33,717 bases of DNA from IMG/VR virus record IMGVR_UViG_3300012348_000004, positions 1 through 33,717 of that record. One strand, 5' to 3'. The notes under the pieces are model-generated. The model had not been told where the DNA came from. It worked only from the letters and a program-made list of their open reading frames with translations, and did not search any database. The translations under genes were made by a program, and so were the position numbers. This DNA comes from a virus. Taxonomy: Duplodnaviria; Caudoviricetes. Shown one piece after another: positions 7,337 through 13,343 of the stretch (within the stretch, counting starts at the first letter, position 1; every line of letters begins with the position of its first letter).

Positions 7337-7570
7337 ATGAGTACATGGGAATTTGACACAACCACAGGTGCAGGCAGCGAAATTGTTACTGTCGTTTATG
7401 AGTATGAAAACGATGGAGAAACAACCTATAACGAGTCAATCAAAGAGATTTGGTTCAATGGGCGTGATGTCATTGGGTTGTTGTCTGATGAGCAGTTCAA
7501 AGAATTAGAGATCGAAGCCGCCATGCGCTTTCAACATCACAAACTGAACTACAAGCAAGAATCGGTATGA
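7337..7570 (+). CDS. Hypothetical acidic protein
   Basis: 77 aa; AGGAG SD. Confidence 0.7.
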   Translation: MSTWEFDTTTGAGSEIVTVVYEYENDGETTYNESIKEIWFNGRDVIGLLSDEQFKELEIEAAMRFQHHKLNYKQESV

Positions 7571-8028
7571 GGAAGCAAGTCAAACGCAAGGTATGGGCGT
7601 TGCTTAATCCAATTAAGCATTCAATCGAGGGCGCTTGCATTACCGACAGAGAAAAGCTAGACAAACTTAGGATGATGGAATACTCAGCCCTTGAATCAAT
7701 AACCAAAGGTAATGGAACTATCCACGATTGGAGAACCCTAGTCGATGTTTTAAACCTATCCGAAACAATGGCGAGAAACAATATCGGAAAAGATGAAGTA
7801 CTTCCTGTATGCCAAAAGGCTCAAGAAGCCCTCCATGAGGCCGCAGAACGCTACCAAAAGACTTTAAGCATGGGTTTATCAGGACAGGGGATTCAAGCGG
7901 TTAGAGAGCTAATCGAGTATGCAGACCTTCAGCAAGCAAGCATTCCAAGGGCTGATTTTGAAAAGTACATTCAAAAGACCAAGGATTACATCAGATCAAA
8001 CGGCAACCTAGTGGTGGAAATAACATGA
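7567..8028 (+). CDS. Hypothetical protein
   Basis: 153 aa; ATGA-coupled on both sides. Confidence 0.75.
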   Translation: MRKQVKRKVWALLNPIKHSIEGACITDREKLDKLRMMEYSALESITKGNGTIHDWRTLVDVLNLSETMARNNIGKDEVLPVCQKAQEALHEAAERYQKTLSMGLSGQGIQAVRELIEYADLQQASIPRADFEKYIQKTKDYIRSNGNLVVEIT

Positions 8029-8303
8029 CCAAAGACGAAATTTATAAGATGGCACAAAAGGCTAGGTTTTATGTCGAAAGAAATGAAGTTTATAGCCCAT
8101 CCAATCAAGCAGATCACGAGTTAACCGAATACTTAGAACGCTTTGCTATCTTAGTTGCTAAACAACAGAGAGAAGAGGATGCAAAACTGGTCGAAGGCAT
8201 GACCCTAGAGTGGCTCGATCAACCAGAATTTGCCCAAGTAGAAAGAACAACAATTCAAGATTGCGCCAAAATTATCAGACAAAGGGTTGTTACCTATGAT
8301 TGA
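8025..8303 (+). CDS. Hypothetical protein (LERFA.LV...RE..AKL...CA..IR.R type)
   Basis: 92 aa; pattern shared with 977..1279. Confidence 0.7.
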   Translation: MTKDEIYKMAQKARFYVERNEVYSPSNQADHELTEYLERFAILVAKQQREEDAKLVEGMTLEWLDQPEFAQVERTTIQDCAKIIRQRVVTYD

Positions 8304-8460
8304 ACAAAAGAAAGACGCACCAGGCAACCCGCCTTATTGGGTATGCACTAACTGCAAATGGGCTTTTCAGGCTTTACAAGAGGCCAACGAGCACGGCAGG
8401 CGATGCGGTAGAGATGAACCAGCCCCAACATACCGCCACTATGAAGGGTTTATCAAATGA
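8296..8460 (+). CDS. Single C2HC zinc-finger protein (54 aa), not in ORF track
   Basis: YWVCTNCKWAFQALQEANEHGRRC = C-x2-C-x3-F-x8-H-x3-C; ATGA-coupled to 8457. Confidence 0.65.
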   Translation: MIEQKKDAPGNPPYWVCTNCKWAFQALQEANEHGRRCGRDEPAPTYRHYEGFIK

Positions 8461-8780
8461 ACGAACCTACTCGTGCGATACAGTACATCATAGACACAGC
8501 GCCACTTTATGCCAAAGCCAAGGCCGACCGCATGTTTTTAGACGAATATCGTCGCAGTAAACACGCACAACTGAAAAGCCTTGCAGGGACTGAAGTACTG
8601 GGAAAACAGGACACGTTTGCTTATGCTCACCCAGAATACATAGAGATTTTGGAAGGCATAAGACAAGCCGTAGAGCTTGAGGAGCGTTACCGATGGCTGA
8701 TGACGGCTGCACAAGCTAAGGTGGAATGCTGGAGAACCGCGCAATTCTCGGCACGCATTGAACAAAAAGCCACGCAATGA
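8457..8780 (+). CDS. Hypothetical helical phage protein
   Basis: 107 aa; ATGA-coupled; AYAHPEY...WRT motif. Confidence 0.75.
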   Translation: MNEPTRAIQYIIDTAPLYAKAKADRMFLDEYRRSKHAQLKSLAGTEVLGKQDTFAYAHPEYIEILEGIRQAVELEERYRWLMTAAQAKVECWRTAQFSARIEQKATQ

Positions 8781-9067
8781 ACAACAAACTAAACACAAGG
8801 GAACGGCTACACCTTGCAAGGGTCAAAACCTTGTCATGCTCAGTATGCAATGCACCTGGCCCAAGTGAAGCGCATCACTTTAAACAAGGGTTACAGTACA
8901 CTTGCATTGCCCTCTGTGTTGACTGCCATAGGAACGGTTTTCTAGGTATCCATGGGCAGAAAAGAAACTGGGCCATCCATAAAATGGATGAAATAGACGC
9001 ATTGAATGAAACAATCCGCAAATTGTGTGAGGAAACCACGATTAAACGCGATATAAGCCTGTTTTAA
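8777..9067 (+). CDS. Ref-like / HNH-type zinc nuclease
   Basis: HLARV..L.CSVC...EAHH...IALCVDCH...GIHG. Confidence 0.7.
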   Translation: MNNKLNTRERLHLARVKTLSCSVCNAPGPSEAHHFKQGLQYTCIALCVDCHRNGFLGIHGQKRNWAIHKMDEIDALNETIRKLCEETTIKRDISLF

Positions 9068-9137
9068 GCGTTTTTTACGCTTGGATGATGTAACACTAGG
9101 GAATTAAAAATAATCGCTCTAATCGATGATTTTAGAC

Positions 9138-9163
9138 AAAAGAAAACCCGCACAATGGCGGGT
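9138..9163 (-). terminator. Intrinsic terminator of the leftward cassette
   Basis: Minus strand ACCCGC-CATTGT-GCGGGT followed by TTTCTTTT. Confidence 0.75.
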
Positions 9164-9169
9164 CAAGGG

Positions 9170-9220
9170 TTAGCGTTTTGTAAGTATTCGTAAGATTAGA
9201 GCAAGGGTTGCATAAACCAT
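9170..9220 (-). CDS. Possible 16-aa hydrophobic/basic peptide
   Basis: MVYATLALILRILTKR; starts 1 nt after the upstream stop and ends just before the terminator. Confidence 0.4.
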   Translation of the reverse strand: MVYATLALILRILTKR

Positions 9221-9221
9221 G

Positions 9222-9488
9222 TTAAACCTTGGAAGAATCAAAACAGAATGAAAAGCCTTTCCCGTCCGCGCTGTCGCCATAGCGCATAGCTTCTAAATTC
9301 CAGTCTAAATTGTGCTTTTTGATTAACGCTTTAACCGCCTCAAAATGTACATTTACACCATCTAAGGCATGGTTATATGGGACTGAGACCGTGAAGCCTT
9401 TATGAGTACCCCATGAGGCCGTGTAAGCCTTAATACGCGAGCCGCGAGTGTCAGTAGGGCCGAGATATTTTGTGTGAATTGCTATCAT
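9222..9488 (-). CDS. Hypothetical protein
   Basis: 88 aa; I.TKYLGPTDTRGSRIKA N-terminus; AAGGCG SD-like site. Confidence 0.75.
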   Translation of the reverse strand: MIAIHTKYLGPTDTRGSRIKAYTASWGTHKGFTVSVPYNHALDGVNVHFEAVKALIKKHNLDWNLEAMRYGDSADGKGFSFCFDSSKV

Positions 9489-9504
9489 TTTTAACGCCTT
9501 TTAA

Positions 9505-9565
9505 GTTAAACCCCGCGAATTGCAGGCCACAAAACCCCTAAAAAGAGGCTTTGCAGTCTGAAATT
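9505..9565 (-). promoter_or_regulatory. Long intergenic RNA hairpin (possible RNase III site) with an overlapping short hairpin
   Basis: AAUUUCAGACUGCAAAGCCUCU-UUUU-AGGGGUUUUGUGGCCUGCAAUU, 20 of 22 positions pair; alternative CCUGC-AAUUC-GCGGG. Confidence 0.55.
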
Positions 9566-10190
9566 AGGCGGTTTCTGGTGTTTCTACTGGTTTAGTAGAA
9601 GGGATGTAGCACCATGCAGGCACTTTAGCGGGTGAATCTTGTCGCATGGGCATGACTACACCCACAAAATCATCTGTCAATGAAAAGCTGACAATGGCAC
9701 AATTATTCCCGCGTTGAAGGATAGAAGGCGCTTGACGTTTGCCAAACAAGTCTTCAGATACATCTACAAAACGGGATAAAAGGTCGATGTTGTAGTGACC
9801 AGGTGCGTTGTCTTCTGACTTAAAAACAAGAGGCAAAACGCGGTCAGTATCTGGAAAACGCCCGTCACATGCTGAAAAACAGGTTGTAGATTGATTATCG
9901 ATGCACTCTACTGACAAGCCGTTGACCTCAAAATGTAGCCATTCCTCACCTTGTTTTTTAGTGCCCTTGAGCTTAGAAAGTGCCTCAGTAGGCAAAATGA
10001 CGCTTTCTTTTGTGTCTGATCTAATGCCGTCAGTCAATAAACGGCCCATTAAATGCCCGTCAGTAGCTTCTAAGTATGTACCGCGATTGTCACGAACAAC
10101 GTTAACGCCTTGCAAATAGTAGCGAATATCTTTTTTTGCTGCCAAGTGAAGCATTGCACGGATAGACTTGCGTTGAATTGAGAATTTCAT
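9564..10190 (-). CDS. Truncated DNA polymerase III beta-clamp (DnaN) homolog
   Basis: DIRYYLQG, ATDGH, DGRFPD..RVLP and VVMPMR match DnaN domain II and the C-terminal end; only 208 aa. Confidence 0.85.
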   Translation of the reverse strand: MKFSIQRKSIRAMLHLAAKKDIRYYLQGVNVVRDNRGTYLEATDGHLMGRLLTDGIRSDTKESVILPTEALSKLKGTKKQGEEWLHFEVNGLSVECIDNQSTTCFSACDGRFPDTDRVLPLVFKSEDNAPGHYNIDLLSRFVDVSEDLFGKRQAPSILQRGNNCAIVSFSLTDDFVGVVMPMRQDSPAKVPAWCYIPSTKPVETPETA

Positions 10191-10212
10191 ATGAACACCT
10201 ATGGATTGAAAT

Positions 10213-10266
10213 GATGCAACATTGCATCGAATAAGCCCAGCCCGTGAGCTTACCCGCTGGAATGTT
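10213..10266 (-). promoter_or_regulatory. Long intergenic RNA hairpin (possible RNase III site) with an overlapping short hairpin
   Basis: AACAUUCCAGCGGGUAAGCUC-ACGGGCU-GGGCUUAUUCGAUGCAAUGUU, 19 of 21 positions pair; alternative GAUGC-AAUGUU-GCAUC. Confidence 0.55.
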
Positions 10267-10360
10267 ACTTAACCAAAACGTCAAAGTATGCCAGCATAAG
10301 AGACAAGGCCACGCAAAAAAACACAATGCCGCCTATTGTTTCGAGAATGATAGTTTTCAT
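10265..10360 (-). CDS. Single-pass membrane peptide (31 aa), not in ORF track
   Basis: MKTIILETIGGIVFFCVALSLMLAYFDVLVK; ATGA-coupled. Confidence 0.6.
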   Translation of the reverse strand: MKTIILETIGGIVFFCVALSLMLAYFDVLVK

Positions 10361-10554
10361 ACGTTGACCGCCTTTGCAAAGTTTGGTTTTTCACCATTGT
10401 AGGAAGAGACGCGGAAAGAGTGAAAGCCCGCATTTGTGGCCAACTCTTTTACCTTTTCAATTTCCGCCATTGTTCTAGCGCCACTAAGAAGCAAGGTTTC
10501 CATGTAATCACGGGTTTCGCCTTGTTCTAAGCCGTAGAGTAAGAGTTCTTGCAT
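10357..10554 (-). CDS. Hypothetical protein (65 aa), first gene of the leftward cassette
   Basis: Start moved to ATG 10554 (TAGGCG SD-like site as in the other cassette genes). Confidence 0.7.
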   Translation of the reverse strand: MQELLLYGLEQGETRDYMETLLLSGARTMAEIEKVKELATNAGFHSFRVSSYNGEKPNFAKAVNV

Positions 10555-10602
10555 GATATTAACGCCTATTTGTTGCACTTTCCGATTGAAAGTAGGATAA
10601 GA

Positions 10603-10643
10603 ATAGTACCAAAAAAATAAAAAACTATTAGGACAAACCCTAA
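10603..10643. promoter_or_regulatory. Leftward extended -10 promoter and dyad TTAGGACAAACCCTAA
   Basis: Minus strand TG-G-TACTAT at 10603-10611; TTAGG-N6-CCTAA at 10628-10643 at a divergent junction. Confidence 0.5.
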
Positions 10644-10687
10644 TAAAGTACAATTTATTTAAATTATTTATCAGACAAATGGAAAAC

Positions 10688-10909
10688 ATGGCGAGACCTT
10701 CAAACCCTGAAACCCGATACTTTCAGAGAACATTGTCAAACCCTCAGAGGATGATCTTACTTTCAGCGGGTGAAGGCGATCTATCTAGAGGTTTTGAGAC
10801 AGTCTTAGCCCTTTATCAGTATGCGCACAATGAAGGTTTCAGACCTGATATGGAAATGAGTTCTTTAAGAATAGAATCCGCGAATAAAGAATCAGCCCTT
10901 AGTAGATGA
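10688..10909 (+). CDS. Small putative DNA-binding regulator
   Basis: 73 aa from MARP; divergent from the cassette; function inferred from size and position only. Confidence 0.5.
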   Translation: MARPSNPETRYFQRTLSNPQRMILLSAGEGDLSRGFETVLALYQYAHNEGFRPDMEMSSLRIESANKESALSR

Positions 10910-11016
10910 TCTTATAAGGGATAGTGTAAGGATAGACAGAGGGAACGATAAGGTAAGACTGATAAACAGAAATGAAAAGGTAACCCTGAAAAGGTGCATC
11001 TGCCTCTTTCACACTT

Positions 11017-11036
11017 GCAAATAAGAATCATTCTCA
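11017..11036. promoter_or_regulatory. Fur-box-like dyad
   Basis: GCAAATAAGAATCATTCTC matches GATAATGATAATCATTATC at 14/19; 7-1-7 core TAAGAAT-C-ATTCTCA. Confidence 0.5.
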
Positions 11037-11104
11037 GCAATAAATATTATGTTAAGTGTTGTAGAAATGTCACAAGGGTTTTTGCTAGGTGTTGGTGAGT
11101 GATA

Positions 11105-11158
11105 GGGGGGGGAGGGGGTAGGTGGGAGTAGTAGATATTTGTGGTACACCCCATCCCC
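11105..11158. repeat. G-tract (G8-A-G5-TA-GG-T-GGG) with an inverted C-rich partner
   Basis: GGGGAGGGGGT (11109-11119) pairs 10/11 with ACCCCATCCCC (11148-11158); just upstream of the putative terS. Confidence 0.6.
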
Positions 11159-11189
11159 AGAAAAAGCTAAAACCATCCAAGGAGGACAA

Positions 11190-11552
11190 ATGGAAACGCA
11201 ATTAAAACGAGGAAGAGGAAGACCTAAAGGGTCTGTGAAGATGACGATACAGAGGTTTGCTGATAACCCGCCTGCTGTATTGCCTAAGACAGACCACCAG
11301 AGGCTCAAGGAGCTTAAGGAGTTGATGATTAGGAGTGGAGGTAAGGATGTTGCTCAGAAGGTCATAGAGATAGCCCTGAATGATGACCACCCACATCAAT
11401 TGGTTGCTTTGAAGATGTGCTTAGACAGGACTCTACCTGTTTCTATGTTTGAGAAGGATAAGAGCCAGAGGTCTGCTGTGACGATTAATATTACAGGACT
11501 TGGTGAGCCTACTGTGATAGATACTCAAGCTGAAGATATTACTGATGTTTAA
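11190..11552 (+). CDS. Putative terminase small subunit with an AT-hook-like N-terminus
   Basis: AAGGAGG SD before ATG 11190; KRGRGRPKGS; helical core and VTINITG tail; upstream of TerL. Confidence 0.65.
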   Translation: METQLKRGRGRPKGSVKMTIQRFADNPPAVLPKTDHQRLKELKELMIRSGGKDVAQKVIEIALNDDHPHQLVALKMCLDRTLPVSMFEKDKSQRSAVTINITGLGEPTVIDTQAEDITDV

Positions 11553-11563
11553 ATAATGTGTAG

Positions 11564-11592
11564 TTGTATTCTTGCTTAAACAAGAGTATAAT
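11564..11592 (+). promoter_or_regulatory. Sigma70 promoter for a leaderless endonuclease mRNA
   Basis: TTGTAT-17-TATAAT, ATG 6 nt downstream. Confidence 0.65.
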
Positions 11593-11598
11593 TGCACT

Positions 11599-12090
11599 AT
11601 GAAAAAATGTACTTACTGCAAAGTTGAAAAACCTTTAGATGCTTTTTACAAAATTAGTAATGGCACTAAAGGAGTTAGACCAAGATGCAAAGAATGTATG
11701 GCGTTGCTTGAAAGACAAAAATATTCTTCCGATGAAGAGTTCAAGAACCGCAAACTTAATTTGCAATCCATCAAAATTCGTGAAGACGCAGAATTTAGAG
11801 CAAGACATTACGCTTCATGCCGTTCAGGTCATTTGAGGCGTAGTTATGGTTTAACACAAGAAGACTTTGAACAAATGCTTGAGTCACAGAATGGTGGTTG
11901 CGCTATATGTGGTACTAAGCAAGAATATGGTAATCAAAAAACAAGGATGGTTGTTGACCATTGCCATACAACAAATAAGGTTCGCGGGATACTTTGCGAC
12001 TTATGCAATACTGCTCTTGGAAAATTCCACGACAATGTAACCTTACTAAGTAATGCTATTGCCTACCTAAACAAAGGAAAAAATGGCTGA
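11599..12090 (+). CDS. Endonuclease VII-family free-standing homing endonuclease
   Basis: YGLT...F..ML..QNGGCAIC...VDHCHTTNKVRGILC..CN.ALG; N-terminal CxxC zinc ribbon; sits between terS and terL. Confidence 0.85.
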   Translation: MKKCTYCKVEKPLDAFYKISNGTKGVRPRCKECMALLERQKYSSDEEFKNRKLNLQSIKIREDAEFRARHYASCRSGHLRRSYGLTQEDFEQMLESQNGGCAICGTKQEYGNQKTRMVVDHCHTTNKVRGILCDLCNTALGKFHDNVTLLSNAIAYLNKGKNG

Positions 12091-13342
12091 TTTAAATTTC
12101 TCTTTACTGCCGTGGCAACAGGAAGTATTTGCTGACAAAACGAGGTTCAAAATCGTTGCGGCTGGAAGGCGTTGTGGTAAATCAAGACTATGTGCCATCA
12201 CATTGATTATTGAGGCTCTAAGATGCCCTCAAGGGTCTGCTGTATTGTATGTATCGCCAACAATGGGGCAGAGTCGGCAAATTATTTGGGATTTGTTGCT
12301 TGATTTAGGTAGAGATGTTATTCAGGCAAGCCATGTTAATAATCTTGATATAACGATGATTAACGGGGCAAAAATCTACGTCAGAGGTGCAGATCGTCCC
12401 GATACTTTGCGAGGTGTATCTCTAACTTATGCTGTGTTAGACGAAGTTGCTGACATTAAACCAGAGGCATGGGAGCAAGTTATACGAGCATCATTGTCTG
12501 ACAGAAGAGGGCGAGCGCTATTTCTGGGAACTCCAAAAGGTCGTAATTGGTTTCACGACTTATACAAACTTGGAGAAGAAGGTAATGACCAAGATTGGAA
12601 ATCGTGGCATTTTACAACTGCTGACAATCCACTAATTGATCCTTCGGAAATAGAGTCTGCAAAAAAAACGCTTTCCTCTTTTGCTTTTAAGCAAGAGTTT
12701 ATGGCATCTTTCACCAATGCTGGTTCAGATATCTTTAAAGAAGAATGGATAAAGTATGGTGTAGAGCCGAACTATGGAAGCTATTACATCGCTGTTGACC
12801 TTGCGGGATTCGAAGAGGTTGCCAAACAAGCCGCTAACTCTAAGAAGCGTCTGGACGAGTCTGCTATCTCTATCGTGAAGGTTACGGACGATGGGAAGTG
12901 GTTTGTTCAGAAGATTGAACACGGAAGATGGGACATTCGAGAGACTGCAGCTAAGATTCTGATGGCTATTCGGGACTATAGACCTTTAGCTGTGGGTATA
13001 GAGAGGGGGGCGCTAAAGAACGCTGTTTTGCCCTATCTGAGTGACCTTATGCGAAAAAACAACACCTTTGCGCATATTGTGGATTTGACGCATGGGAATA
13101 GAAAAAAAGCTGACAGGATAATCTGGGCTTTACAAGGTAGGTTCGAGCATGGCAGAATTGTGTTAAATTCTGAGGAAGATTGGGATGAGTTCGTAGACCA
13201 GTTAATTCTGTTCCCTGCTCAAGGTGTTCACGATGACTTGCCTGACTCCCTTAGTTACATTGACCAACTAGCTGTTACATCTTACATGGAAGAAGATGAC
13301 AATGAGGATTGGCAACCGATAGATATTATCTCAGGGGTATAA
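12083..13342 (+). CDS. terL: Terminase large subunit
   Basis: Walker A AAGRRCGKS, Walker B YAVLDE, GTPKG coupling motif, nuclease AVDLA and HDDLPD. Confidence 0.95.
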   Translation: MADLNFSLLPWQQEVFADKTRFKIVAAGRRCGKSRLCAITLIIEALRCPQGSAVLYVSPTMGQSRQIIWDLLLDLGRDVIQASHVNNLDITMINGAKIYVRGADRPDTLRGVSLTYAVLDEVADIKPEAWEQVIRASLSDRRGRALFLGTPKGRNWFHDLYKLGEEGNDQDWKSWHFTTADNPLIDPSEIESAKKTLSSFAFKQEFMASFTNAGSDIFKEEWIKYGVEPNYGSYYIAVDLAGFEEVAKQAANSKKRLDESAISIVKVTDDGKWFVQKIEHGRWDIRETAAKILMAIRDYRPLAVGIERGALKNAVLPYLSDLMRKNNTFAHIVDLTHGNRKKADRIIWALQGRFEHGRIVLNSEEDWDEFVDQLILFPAQGVHDDLPDSLSYIDQLAVTSYMEEDDNEDWQPIDIISGV

Positions 13343-13343
13343 G

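Noticed and set aside
8300-8560. 86-aa ORF in the track
   Set aside because: Non-ATG start and a long overlap with 8457..8780; the 8296..8460 frame has an ATG, coupling and a zinc-finger motif
10213-10268. Integron attC site (TAAC...GTT hairpin)
   Set aside because: The sister spacer lacks AAC/GTT ends, pairing relies on G-U as expected for RNA, and no integrase is present
11056-11075. CRP-like site ending TCACA
   Set aside because: Only one good half-site; spacing does not fit TGTGA-N6-TCACA
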